64,000 nt of DNA from Bugula neritina. Lineage: Eukaryota > Animalia > Bryozoa. Where the stretch lies: contig OZ037765.1 in the NCBI GenBank assembly GCA_964035545.1, positions 13,774,698-13,838,697 of the forward strand. The letters are read 5' to 3'. Positions 26,107 to 41,100 of the stretch are shown in pieces. The position numbers and the translations under genes were made by a program. Positions within the stretch are counted from its first letter, which is position 1. Each line of letters starts with the position of its first letter. Under the pieces are notes generated by a model. It was not told the DNA's origin. It searched no databases and saw only the letters and a list, made by a program, of their open reading frames with translations.

Positions 26107-29100
26107 CTAACTAAGAGAGTTATATTGGTTGATAGCACTTGTGTATTTAGCTTTCAAATCTATAAATGCTGTCACATTTTCTATTGTTGGAACTGGGTTA
26201 GTGGCTGGTTCAAATAATTGTCCAATAAATTCTTTTAATAACTTCATTCTGTTTTCTAAAAAGATATTAACAATGTCAGAAATTTTGAAAGGAAATTAAC
26301 AGTACCAAAACTTGAAAGAGTAGTCCCTTTAACCAACCTTCAATATTTTCCTCATCTGCAAGTAGGTTAACCCATCTGTCTTTGATGGACCCTGCAAAGT
26401 TCATGCTCTCACTATCTGCACCTTCAGCTTGCAAACTATCCAATATTGGCAGCACTCTTGCCAACATTACCTTCAGTGGTGTGATGTAATCATCTTCATT
26501 CTCAAATTGTGCAAAAGCCAATTCATTAAATCTCTAAAACAGATGGTATGGAAGCTCTATGGTTTTTTAAATTAAGAGGGTATATTTGTCAAGTAATGCG
26601 GAGTCCCAATAATACAATAACCAAGTATAATAGGGGCAACTGTTGCAATTCTTTACCTGCAAACAATTATTTCTGGCTTGAGAAATGAGATTCTGATCGA
26701 GAGATTTCAGTTCTTTGACGGTGTCGTCGTCCTCTGACAGAGCAGCTAATATGAGCTCTTGGTTTCGCACACAAGCATCATGGAGATATGGTAAGGCTGA
26801 CTCGTAGCTGTTGATAGACAAAACGTAAACTTGATAAAATTAGTGAATAAAATTAATTATGAAATCGCTCTCAGCTAATGCTACCTGCATACTTTGTTCC
26901 AGATGAGTTGCAGTCTGGAGTTGCTGAATAATGGCTGCACAAGATATTAATGTAACTGCTTTCTCCAAACAAAAATAAAATTATCCAAGTAAGCATTCTG
27001 AACCTCCACAAGTTACACCAATTTCACCGGTGACATAATTTAGAGCACAGTTATCTAACTTACATAATCTGAGTTTTTGTACAAAATCTAACAATGCTTA
27101 CCATTCTTGATTGAACAAAGTCAAGCCTTCAACAAACAAAGTGAAGACAACTCTGAACTGATGGTACCCTTGGTGCCATTTGATGTAATTACACTGGAAA
27201 TCATATGACCTGTCCCAAAATTTGGATGTCATTAACACAGCTTCTTGCCGCACTGATGCCCAACTGCAATGCCAGACAATAGTTGTCCAATTAAATAAAT
27301 ACGATAAAAAAATTAAAGCTCTATATGAACAATTTAAAAGCCAAATTTGTCTGATAAAATACATAATTTTATGATTTAAGCAGAATATATTCAAGATAAA
27401 GTAGAGAATAGGAGATTTTTAAACAGCAATTTTTCATAAGCATTGCTAAAGCTGAAAACGCTCAATCTACTAAATAAAATTGATGGTTCATACATAAAGC
27501 AACACGTGTATATTTCTACTTTTCTGTCATCACCACCTATTGAATGCATACATTTTGTTAGCACTGAATAACCTTTATCAAATACTTGATGGCTAGGAGT
27601 TATAGATATTATATAAAAATTTTCACTAATTTACAATTTCTATAAACTTAGTACAAACTGTGATTATAAACACTTGCAGTTTTATCTAACGAATTAAAAA
27701 ATATATAGCGTCAACCGGAGGGGGGCACAACGGGCCGAACTTTTGAATTTTTTGCTCTCATTCGTCTGTTTTTCAAGTTAATAGTTCAATAACCCCTAGT
27801 CTAAATTCTACGCCAGTTGTCTATTATAGGTATCAGTTGGTTGTTTCTATCTCTTTCACAACTTTCAGAATAATGAAATTTTCATGACGAAAAAAATGGC
27901 CCATTGTGCCCCGGTACCAGGGTACAATGGGCGACTGGGTGGGACAGAACAAATATATTGAAACTTTGCTGATTTGGTTGCATCTGATCTCTATTCATTT
28001 AATATACACAAATAAATGAAAAATACTCTTTCAGATCTACAGCAAAAATTATGTTTTAGCTGTACAGTTTGTACCACCACAAATAGCAGGGGGAGGCAAA
28101 ATCAAACGCACATTACTCATTTCTACGGTGCCATTATCATTACTGTTTAAATCCAAAAATGTTTTTTTATTTCTACTTCACAGCAACTTTCATCAGAAAA
28201 AACTTTAAGAACATGTACTACAAAACTCCGAGTGGACTTTTTTCTATGAACTAAAGCTAAGGTGCATGGCTGAGGTTTGTGACTGGAGTGCGGAAGGGGG
28301 AAATGAGCAGATCACAATTTATTTTAGTCAAATACATGTATATAATCCCTCAATGATTATATAATGTATAATGATATCATGACTATCTATTAGTAGCAAC
28401 AGCTAGCAGAATGTTTTGTATAATGTATAAAATGACAAAGCTATAACTTCACCAGATGTATATATTAGGGGAGCTTCACCTTGTAGTTTGGTAGTCTTAC
28501 CATGATGTCTTTGATATTTTACAAAAAGGTCAGAGCTGGCTATATCTATAGATTTTATTAACACTTTGGGCAAACAAACTAATAACAGTGATCAAGGTGC
28601 AATAATCAGGTGGCCCATTATGTCCGTGTGGTCAAGTTGAAAATAAATGTGGCTCAAGGAATTTTTTTTTAGAATTTGCTATTATACTAGTTAAGCAATG
28701 TAGAGACAAGCAATGGCAACACTATCAGTAAAATCTAGGCTTGTTACCTTCGAGTGTAAAAAGTTATAAAGCTTTAACGATATCTTAAAAAATTTACAAA
28801 AAGTAGGTAAAAACAGTTTTTGACTTGCTTCTTTAACATGTGTGCTTTGCAAGTGTTGAAACTACAATGGCTGAATAATTATGTCAATACCTTTTGATTA
28901 AAAAAATCACAGTTCTAAGTCAATAAGTTCTCTTACAATTTGACCAGCTTTTTGTACCCTTATGACTGTCATGCCTCCCCTCCCCCCCCTTACCCCTATA
29001 ATATTTATACTAGACTTTGAATATTGATTATTCATCGATAACCATATTGATAACTTAAACTATGGGGGTGGGGATTGTGTAAAATCAAACAAAATTGGTC

Positions 29101-32100
29101 TATTATTGACAAGTTCCATAAAAATATTCAGTTTTTCTAATGGAAATAAATTATGAAAGCGCTTCCCCAGACCCCAAGATAGTTCCAAACTCAATAGTTT
29201 ATTATAATGCATGATTATTTGTTGTTGAACATCATCAATAATGCAGAAGATTAAACTGAACTCTAGTTTGATGAGATTCACTGGGAACTTCAGTCAAATT
29301 TATCACATGATCCACTGGATCTCTGAACAAGCAAGCTATGAACAACTACTGTATGCTTTAGAGTTTAGAGCCATGTACTGTTGTAACCTCACCACTACAA
29401 ATACTCACCCTGGTGTGTCGTTCATGTTGTCAAGCTTAGCTATATGATCAGCAATTATGGCCTTGACATCATTGTGATCAACAGATTTATACACTAGTAG
29501 CAGGTAGAGGGCCATGTGGGTTCTGCTTTCTGGTTTGATTGCTTTAGCTGGATCCATGCTCATGTCGTAGTATGTGTCAAAACAGGCCTTCACAAGCTAA
29601 ATAACACAGTATTTTGTAACAATGCTTTACTGTAATGTACACCAGTATACATTTGAAAATCCACAGCTAAAGCCATTTATCCTTGCAAAAATAGGTTTTA
29701 GTTTACAATAACTTTTACAAAGATGACCAACCTTGTGTCAAATCGTTTCTAATATCTACATTGACAAATAAAAGACGATTTATATTTTATGTAAGTGCAA
29801 CTACTTTTAAATAATTTCTATTTTTAATAGGAAACTAAAATTTAAATACGGAGTCGTATTTTAGTGATATAGACAATAGTTACTAGCTCAAACTTGTAGT
29901 TCCATGATACTGTGGTACCCATTTGCCGATCAATATCAGTGTATCTTTTCTTCACAAGAGCTAACACAGACTGAGCATGTGCGTAGGCTTCCTCTTCTGT
30001 GGAGGATTTGATACCCTTGGAATACCCTCCATAATCTACTAGCAATGTACACAGCCAATGTATATAGTGTCAATAGTAGTTTTTCTCTTACAGCAAATAA
30101 AGCAGATTAAGGGGGGGGGGCTAATAGTACCCAGCTGTTCGTTGATAAAAAATTGGGCAGATGAGCATTAGCAGATTATGAGCAGGGGTACAAGACATTT
30201 TCCAAGTCCTAAACAGTTCCATAAACGACCTGTTTAGAAATGCTAGAAGCACTCTTTTCATTTTAGACTGGCGACCAATTACATTATAAAATAAATTTAA
30301 AGCAGAGTTTTACTGACATCCAGTATAGTTTTAGCCAGTAATTAGTGCAATTTCCAATTTTCCTAAAACTGATTAAAACTATTACTAACCAAAATCACTA
30401 GTTGATAGTATATCGACTGTTGATGTTTTGCCACCAATTGAACTGAATTGAGGTTCAGCTGTTGCATTCATTTCATTTTTAGAAAGATCCCATTTTTGAA
30501 TTTCATCTTTAAACTTTTGATTGTCTTCAGTGACATATATCTGTAGATCGGCAGGGAGGCTTTCCAAGGCATCCTGCTTGTTGGGAAAATCCTCACCTAA
30601 AGCACAAGAACTACACTCCAGCAGTTTGATTAAAGTCTCAATTGCTTTCATTCGGCAAGCTTATATGCATCTCTTTACACTCAGTTCTCTTGAAACTCAA
30701 TTGCTATCTTAAAGTGTTAAATATTCAACTGTTGTCTGATATACAATATCAACATATATTTTCTGAAACTCCACATTACAGTGAAGCATATACTACAGTT
30801 AAGAATTCACAGCCTGCAGAAAACCACAAGCTCCCGTAACCCAAAAGCTGTCATTGATCATGTATCAAGCGATATGCTATTGTTAATAGCTCAGTAATAG
30901 AGCCATAATTCATATGTTTTACCACCCGCTGAGAAAATCTAATGATATTACCCAATGCTTATATCAATTTCCAATGTTTAAGTTACACATTCATACAGAT
31001 AGCTATAGAATATTAAGCCATAGCCTGCTTTAATTATAAGTTGAAGTTAATAGCAATGCTTAGGTCACAATGTCAAGATTGACTTAAATTTAAACAATGG
31101 AAGAACTGGTAGAAATATGCCCCACATATGGCAGGTTTTAGGCCACCATTGTCATAGCATTGCTAGCTAATTATAGTCAGTGCCACAATTTTTTGGGATT
31201 CTAAAGAATGCCAAGTCCTAAAATGCACGGCATACTCTTGTTAGATTGTATTGTTTAACCTTAGCACATTTAACACATTTATATGTGGCCCGCTGACATT
31301 TTCATTTCCTGACATCTGGTGTCAACTGTGGAATAGCTGCCTTGTAGGCAAGACAAATATGATTCATGCACATTTATGGTGAGAGCTTAAGGTTAACAAC
31401 ATCCTCTGCAGAAATTAATTAATTAGATAAGCAAGATACTACAAGTTGTTCAGTTTGCCTCTATTAGACAACCTGTGACCTATTAATTAGAAGATAACAA
31501 ACAACTAGCATTGTCTCCCATACAATGTTAACTTGATGCAGAAAATTCAAGCTTAGTATAATTTATACATGAAGCAATGTTAACCTGCAGAATAGTTTTA
31601 TAGGCAAAATATAATGTTACGTTGCAATTCTCTATATTACTCTGTGCTATACAGTGTGTACTGTAAACTTATGTGAAATGAAAGAAAACCCTAATTTATA
31701 TGCAGGAGTACTAAGAACATGCAACCTTGAACTTAATGTACAATTCTTTCCATCTTCCTTTTTGATAGTTGAAGTAAAATTATTTGAAACTTGTGAGAAA
31801 AATGAAGTGATTCACCTGTGGGCCGAGCAATGGTAGTGGTGTCGGAGTTGTCCCTATGCTTGGAGTTAGACTGAGAGAATTGTAAGTAAATAAGGCAGTA
31901 AGCACTCGCTGTACCCAAGCCACCCTCACTTTCTCGAACTACCTCTTCCCACGAGCTCTCAGTCACTCTAATATCATTGAATTTAACCCACAGTCCGTTT
32001 TGCACATTATAGACATAAGACCAGTAGTGGCCTGAGAGGGCTTCTCCTTCATGTACCAACACAGCGTGTAAGCCATACTTGTACTGCAATACATATCATA

Positions 32101-32127
32101 CAGCTCAGTGTAATATATTAGCCACAG

Positions 32128-32171
<44 letters not shown>

Positions 32172-35100
32172 CAAGCTATGAATGGTAATATATTAGGAGA
32201 ATATTATATGATAACTAAAATTCCAGCCTCGAAATGCAATAGTCGGGCTACTATATGTGAGTATATGATTATACATTGTTTTACATTCACTATAAAAAGC
32301 TGACTGCAGATAAAATGTTATCCTTGCAAAGCAAATACAACATAATAGAGAGACACCTGATCTCTACTCACTCACCATATGTAAACTATCATGAAATAAG
32401 GTAAAACATAGGAGAGATCAAGGCATGCATTGCCCTATATGTATTATACTGTATAGCAAAGAATAAAACTCCCAATAATCATGCAACAAAAACATATGCA
32501 GGCCAACCACCGCCTTTATATAATGGAATATTCATTGCAGAGTATAGGAGATGTGGCAGCTCCAGTGCAGTGTATTGGTAGTGATTACACACAGAGCATG
32601 TGCTTTACCAGAGAAATCCACTGAATTAACTTATTCTAATTTATTTCCATTTACTACAATTACGATATAATATACAGCAATTAATATAGATAATAAGAAC
32701 ATATGGATGAGGTATATGGGTTTAATGAAGGATTTGGCTATACAGTATAGGCTGTAACATAGTAATATGTGCTGCAATACATAATTTGAACTCAGGTGGC
32801 TGACCTGCTTAAGATGCTCTTTATCATATGCATTTGATATGCTCTGCTTCACCACATCTAAGCTCTCCGTGTGCTGTCTGATGATCAGGTCTACATCCTC
32901 TTTCCACCGAGACAGACATGCTCTCACTGTTGACAACTCCTCAGCTGTTACATTAGCTGGACGAGGTTCATCCAAGTCCTCCGTGTTATCACTGCTAGAT
33001 ATGTGACCCTTTCCACTAGCAGTGAAATACCGTGCAGTTATAGGTAGATAGTGTAATATGGTTAGATGTGTGCAATATATTGATGTGATTTTGTAATAAT
33101 ATAGTAATATATGTATGTGTGATATAATAACTATGCATATACAGTAATGTGTATGTGCTCGTGTGTAATGTATTGATATGTATCCGTAACATGGCTACAT
33201 GTGTGTGTATTATGGTTAATATATGTAAGGAAAGGCACCTCCTATCAGAAGATGCTGAGCAGTCACCATGAGAAGTAAACTTCAGAGTACAGTCTAGAAT
33301 ATCAGAGAGTGGGTAGAAATTCCCAGAGTCTCCAGATGAGCTCCCATAATGAGTGTATCTGAAACACACACCAAACTTTGTGTGAATTGGGAGAGAGTTC
33401 CATACAAACTCTAATTCTCTCTACAATTAAGTTGAGTTGAGAAAGAACGATGATGGCTGACCTACTTGTTATATAATAGTAAAATTTCAGCTAACTTACA
33501 GAAACAATCAGTGAGAATAATTATTTACATACTTGAGAAATACAATGTGATTATAGATGAATGGAAGTATTTTACAAGTAAAATATTGATCCAGTAAATC
33601 AAAGAAAGAATTTGAGGTATCTCACGTGCACACAGTGTATATCAGCTGCAAGTGTGTGGGCCGTCTGTCTGTCTGTCTGTGTGAATTTATATGAGAGAAA
33701 TTGGCAAACATGCCTCATTGGAAATACAAACCACACTCTAATACGCACACACTGACTACATGTTACACAAGTGGCAATATACATACACATATCCCTCACC
33801 TATGCAAACTGGCTTGTAGTTTACTCAGCCTACTCTTCCACAATGCCACATCAGTCCTCTTCTGTCTAACCTCTTCCTTATTCACTTCCAGATATCTAAT
33901 AACATAAAGAGGAAAAGTGGAAAAGTATGGAATGAACTGCTATACATAACATAAAGTATAGCAGTTCATTCCATACTTTACTCCAAGTTACTAATTTTAG
34001 CAAGTACATACACCACGCCATTAATACAGAAATTACAATGTTTAGTGCCACATCTTTCTAAAATATAAAACGTGTAAGGTAATGATAGTCTGAGTTCAAC
34101 AAACCTGTCGAGGTATATAGTCTGAGGAAAAGTGAACTTGTTGTGTAGTTTCTCAGCCTGAGAGTGTTGAGTGTTGTAGCTAACACGAGAGAGCTCAAAG
34201 GTAAGCAGAGGTGGCATGTGTGTAAACCATTGCTATAAGAGTCAACATGTTCAGTGGTTACTTTAACAATATCAATACCTAGTATATAACCAAATATTTG
34301 CTACTATAAACAGCATCGGCAAGTAGTGCAGTAGATATGTTTTACTTCTTGATTTGAAGTATGTTCTGCACTGTTAGTTTCGATATCACCCTGGGCCAGC
34401 CCCTTCTCTAGACTCTCGTGTATGTCTGTATATCCGGCTATGTACAGCGGCCATTGTCCAAAGTGTGTGTGAGTGGTGAAAGCCACACCTACATGCATAT
34501 AGACATTTACTCTAAACCTTGAAGATTATCAAAATGCTTCATCATTATATTTTGTGGGCACAAAAATGTTGAGTGGGATTGAAAGACAATAAGTTGTAGG
34601 AAAGAGTAAATTTAATTATATTTTCTACCAACACATTTTAATCATTATTGAAGATGAAAAAAACTTGTGCAAGCTATTATGTCGCAAATATTACAACAAC
34701 ACAATGCTGTTCCTTAAATTGAATCATGCGTCACAGGTTTCTTTAAATGATGCATTTAGAAGCTTAAGGGCAGCATTTACTGCACAACAATTAAAATAAC
34801 ATGGCACCATAATTCGAGTCCCATGCTATAACAGAATCCCACGCTATAACAGACTACAGAGTATCATGCTATAACAGAGTCCTACGCTATAACAGAGGGT
34901 TGTCTCAACTAAAGTCACAACACATTTCTTTAAAATGAAAAGTTATTCTTTTTCATAAAAAAATACAAAATTACTTCTCATAAACAAAGCGTGAAAAAAG
35001 AAATTCTTGAGAAGAGCGATGACGTGAGCTAACTAAGGGCTAAGGATTTGAAGTCAAGTTATTTCTACCATAAAATTATGTTCAGTAAAAAACGTAGTTC

Positions 35101-38100
35101 GATTATTTTCAACATAGACATGCACACACTAAACTGTAGAATTGGGAAAAGACAGATATTTGAGCTACATTGTGTTGAATGACATGAGCTCATCAGTTGT
35201 GTACCTGCATTTGAACCAGTTGCCTTAACTTTGCCAAAGAACAGCTTCACCATGGGGTTACTGTTATCTTTGTGATCAGGAGACTCACTGTCTACTTCCA
35301 TTGGTTCACTTCCATCTCCTTCACCAGACCTCTGGGGAGGTGAATTTTCTCCACCTGAACCTGGCTTAAATGCTTCTTCTAGCCAGTCCAGTAGTTTATG
35401 TTGAAATTCACTCACATCCTGGAACAACAAGCATTATATGAATCTCTGCCAAAGCAATTGAGGAGAAAGGAGGGTTTTATTTTAAACACAGATTTCTTGT
35501 GTAAATCTGCTCAGTATTTATAACAAGGTCTTCAATGTTGGTTTTGTTCTTAATAATAAATATTAAATATACAGCTGAATGAAAGATTATTTATTATTAT
35601 GAAATATAATTTTATATTCTAATAAAAGCAGACCTGCTGGTTGTTTGATATATTTTGTGACAGCCCTGTGGAAGAGTCGGAAGAGTAGTTCAACATGTCT
35701 ATCACAGCAGACGGGTTGAGGTACTTCCTGTCAGAGGCCAGCATCAGAGCGAATAATCTCCTCAGTTCAGTCATAAACAAATCAATCTGATGGCCCTAGA
35801 CAAGAGACCAGGTACACAATACTAGCAACAGTGTAATTGAATTCAGCTTGCAATGTGTAGTTTTGAGAAAAGTAAACTACCAATAATACAAACAATTTCC
35901 AAAAGGTTTGACAAAAAAATAGTAATAGATACCTTTGATTGAGCGTCTCTAGGCACATAATTTATCACGAGGTCACGGAAATATTCATAATGAAACAGCG
36001 ACTACAAAAGAGTATATATCTTTATTTGTAATGATATAGCAATGATTTATCCTGCTGATAAATGGATGAAAAAACTAAAATAAATATTGAAGAACATATC
36101 TAAATCATGAATGTAGTTTGCTATTTTGAAGCATCAAGCTCTGTTTAGTTTTGTGATGTAGAATATTTGTAAAGAGTATTAAGTAACTATTTCAAAACGG
36201 ATCATAGAAGTATAGCAGTTAGACTGCAAAGACATCTTAAATATTATGATCCCAGTTGTAATATGCTACATGATAAAAGTGAGTAAACACTTAGTCAAAT
36301 ACAGTAGCAGAGATAGGCATGGCCGTTTATAAAATCTTACTTATTTCATTTTCTTTTAAAAATATTATTGTGGCTCAGACCAAATTGTTTGTTACTAATA
36401 CAGAATAAGGTAGCAAAATTGAACATGAGAAGAGCAAGTGAGAATATGCTATATAAAATAATTCCTGCATGCCATCACATCTGTTTTTCATAGACACACT
36501 GTTGTCTCAAGTAATTGTATGCAATCAAGATATATACCAAGTGGTGGCACTAAGTTCAGATAAAAGGGGTTTTTTGCAAGCAAATTAATTTTATATATAT
36601 ATTTTTTTATGTTTCATTTTTTATCTGAAAACTTGATAATCTTCCAGTTGAAGAATAATCTCTATAACATTTAAACTTGATGCTGTTAAAATTCCGCCTA
36701 TACCCCCTCCCTCTACATAATCAAATCCATTGTCTGAAAGGTTTATGAGGTCAAAGTTGAACTTCAAGCAGCATATAAGCGCGTGTGGACACTGTGTCTG
36801 CACATTCATAGCATTGAGTGGCATGAGAGTAGAAGGCTGACTCTGGAGCATACCAATACGTGCTGAGCTAACCAACTTCAAACTGACTGGGAAATTACGG
36901 CAATAAATTCAAACATGAAGAAATTTGTGTCAGCACTATTGGTGCTACACGTAGCATTGACCTACGCCTTACCATCACAGCCACAGAATGCTGCCGATGT
37001 AGCGGGTGCATCCAAGACTGCTGCCGTAAGTAATCAACTCTCATTTTTGATTTATAAAAAATTATACAAAACTTTTTATTTGAATTAAATGTACGTATGA
37101 TGTATAATACAAATAGCTGTGTGATGGTTTCAATATTATATTACTTTATGGTACACTTTAGGGAGTTGTTGGACAGAATAATGCAAAAGGTGACATGGGA
37201 GCACAACTAGAGAAATTTTCAAGCGGTAAGCAATAAATATTTATTATATATATTTTTTAAAATTGCCACTGACTGAAAAACAAAGTCAAATTTAAGTTTT
37301 TATAAAAGTTGAGGTAAACTGGGAGTAATTGAATACTGATATGTTGAAGATGACATGCTCCGAGTATGCAGTTCTGGCAGCTGCCAGGTTATGATGGCTG
37401 ACGACGCAAAAGCTCTACAAGCTGATGCCATCGCATCCATAGGCTTAGTGAAAGCGGAAACACCAGTGACCAAAGCCCTGACACCAACCATGGTATCCAT
37501 GTCCGAATCCTTGAGATCTTTGCAAAACCAGAAGTTGGTGAGTGAATGTGTTTCCAAGATCAATATAAATTAATTTATTTATTTGCATTTAAAATAGAGC
37601 ACACGCATAATTACTAAACGTTGCATTTAGATGCTGCAGAGTCTGGAGGCCTCTTTGGCTGCTCTAACAGCCGGCACAAGTAAAGGCCAGGAATATGCCA
37701 AAGCAGCACAAACTAACTACGCAGCTAGCATGACCAAGGGACTTTCTTTCTCGCCAGAGAGTAAAGGTCTTTTTGCTCCCGCTGCTCCAGCCAAGGGCCT
37801 TTCATATGCTCCTTCAATGGTTATGCCCCCCAGCAAAGGCACACAATGTAAGTCCAATAGTATTTTCAGTACTTTTATAGCCATTAAATTACATCAGATT
37901 TTATATTATTTAACGTTTCATCTTTCAATAATTTTAATACTATTTATATATCAACCTGATTGCAGATAGTTCAGCTTACACTGAGGCAGCACTCTGCCCA
38001 ATGACCATGTTTGAACTGGGAAAATGCCAGAAGCTGTCTGGAGAAATGAAACTGCAAATGGACGCGATGACCGTTATGAATGCCAACCTGATGGCTCAAG

Positions 38101-41100
38101 TGAAACAACTCACTGATGATCTTGCTGTAAGTGAATTCACCCCCATTGACTTAGTGCTAGATTACAACTTTGTAAAAAAATATTTGAAACTAAATTCAGT
38201 GGTTTACAGAATGTTATGCATGTTGGCAGATTTCTAACATGCTGAAGCAAAAGGCAGAGGAATCTGCAGTGTACTACAAGCAGAGAGCTGCTGAGGAACA
38301 AGCTGCCAAGGAACTGTTGGCAGAACAACTGGCACAGTGCAACGCAAAGAATGACATCCTCACCGAACAGAAAGACGCCCTAGAAGTTGAGCTGAGACAG
38401 ACTCAAGTGGCTCTCTCCATGGAGAAGGAAGAGAACGCACAGTTGACAGCCAACTTGACTGAATGCCTTGAAGACAAGGCAGTGCTCACAGCTGCCCTTG
38501 CTGACATGACCGTAAGAGCTAAGTCAGCTGAACAAGAGCTTGCTGACACCAAAGCTCGTCTGGAACAGGTAGGAAAATTGCATGTAAATACAAGTCACAT
38601 AATTACTATAGAAGTTTATCCAGCCTGCACAGCGATCACAGCTTGATTTATTTTTCTTGAGTGATATAAAAAGATTAGCATGTGTTGTGGATTAACAAGC
38701 ATGATTTGGGTTGCGTGCAATCAGGAAATAGACAAGACCATCAGTCTGGAGGAGAGTTTGAGATTCTCAGAGGTGAAGTTAGCCAAGTGTGAAGCAGACC
38801 TGCAGGAGGAGAGAACTGCCAGAGAGGAGACAGAAGAAGACTTGATGAGAACTATGACTGAGTTGGCATCGTGTCAACGAGAGAACCGAGTCATCACCGA
38901 ATCTCTCAGCAGATGCCAAGATGAGTTACAGCAGACAAGCGCTGCTCTAGCCAGTGAAACCGCTGCCAGAGAGATGCTCCAAACTAAGCTCGACAGCACT
39001 GTCGAGGTGTGTGACTGAACTTATAGAGTTACACTAACTAATTGTTGCAGCATGGTGTGCAGTGTTTTGTGTGTGATTTGAACCTAGCTTCCATTCAACT
39101 TTGAAAAGTAGAACTTCTTCCATAACATAATACACTTGGCAAAATTGAATTTATGTTACAATTGCTAAATAATAAATTTTGCATGTTATTTATATCAAGT
39201 TTTAAAAATACAGGAACTGAGAGCAACTCAAGAGGTCTTGAGACAGACAGTTAGTGATCTTGAAGATGAGCGAAATGCCCATGCTGTCACTAGAAGAATC
39301 TTGGCAGAGACTGAAGCTGAACTTGAAGCATCAGAAGCCGCACGAGAGGCTTTGAGAACAGCCAACTACCAATTGATGACAGAACTTTCTGAAACTAAAG
39401 CCCAACTTGAAGCAACTACTGCACACAGAGACCAAGTGAGCTTTCACCTTTCACAAATTTTTCATAATATTATATGAGAACAAAAATGATGTACAACATA
39501 TGAAACACACAAAAGTTTAACTATGCAAAAAGAAAACTTTTAAATTTTAGCTCCAAGTTACACTTGATGAGACCAGAGAGCAACTAGCTGACTGCAAGGG
39601 AGAGTTGTTGAAGTGTGAAAGCGATTTAACCGCACAAGTTGCTACCACAGAAGAAATCTCCAAACAACTCGAAGAAGCCCTAATTATGCTGCAAGCTGAG
39701 AAGGAAGCTCGAGATGAGTTGACTGCAACTATCGCCCTTGTACAGGAGGCTTCATTGAAGGTGCAAGAAGAGGTCAAGAAACTACAACTTGAGAACGTAG
39801 CACTGCAAAACCAAGTTATTAAACTACAAGCTGAACAAGGTAAGCTTTACAAACCAACCAACAGTCACCAGTAATCGTGTAGATAATTTCTACCTAAAAA
39901 TACTAAATCTAGATTTATTGAGTACATGATTTAATATTGTAGAAGTAGCCATGGCATTGGCTGCTGGATGTCCACCGACTTATGAAAAGTTTGGCAGCAG
40001 TTGTTACAAATATGTCAGAGAGAATACCGCATGGAAAATGGCCCAGGAGCAGTGTATGAAAGATCAGGGTAACTTAGTGGCCATTGAAAGTAAGAAAGAG
40101 CAGATTGTGGTGACCGACTACCTGAAACGAGTTGGTAAGTACACATAATATATTCTGCATCCAAAGTGTGAAGTAGCAGTCATAAGTTTGTCTCAGTTAA
40201 GCACTTGTTAGTTGCATGGGAATGTTAACATTTTCTATACGCCTAACAGAGATTTTGAGTGGTGCATGGTGTTTGTTTGTTTCCCAGGTGCTGAGGGTTA
40301 TGTTTCCACCAGTGGTCACAAGACCAGTTATGGCTGGAAATGGTTAGCCGCCTCTAACAACCACATACCTAGTACTGTTGGTGCTGATTTCTGGTACAAC
40401 ATTGCTACAAAATCTAAACCCGGATATGATTGTCAAGCAATGTACTTATATGCTGGTCCAAACTTTGGCAAATGGGTTGGACTTCCATGCACCAATCCTG
40501 CTACATATGTCTGTGAATACAACTTAGTTCCACCTGGTCAAGCTTCCCCACCAAATGCTGCCGAGGAATATGCTTTGGTGAAAATGCAGCAAGAAGCACC
40601 TCTCTACTTGAAAATATAATTTTCTATTGAGTATTGACTGACACTTGCATTTAGAGCTCAAGTATTAGCCTTTGCACCACCCATACCATCACTATGTGTG
40701 TGCCTTAGAAGTTGGTTTTGAATTACTTTCTATAATTGTATATTTTCTGCAATGTTTGTTAATAAAATAGTAACAGATGACCAAAATGAAGCTGAAGTTT
40801 GTGTGTTCTAGAATCTAGCATGAGTGGCATGCATTTTTAACCCTCATATTAAGCAACATAAGCCCTAGCAGAAAAATATGCTTGTTATTACAGAGGCTAG
40901 ATTTGATGACAAATATATCCATATGGGAGCATTTGATTACCGAGCTAATGGTCAGTTTACTTGGGTGGGGAGTAACACACCCCTTTTACTTACACCAGAT
41001 AACTGGTTACTCAACAACCCCCGAGGTAACGGTAGAAGATGCTCAGCCATACAAGTCTGGGACATGGACACATTCGGCCAATGGGCTGACAGTTTCTGTT

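Noticed and set aside
34810-34905. Four GCTATAACAGA repeats
   Set aside because: Resembles one end of a Tc1/mariner-type MITE, but no partner TIR was found.
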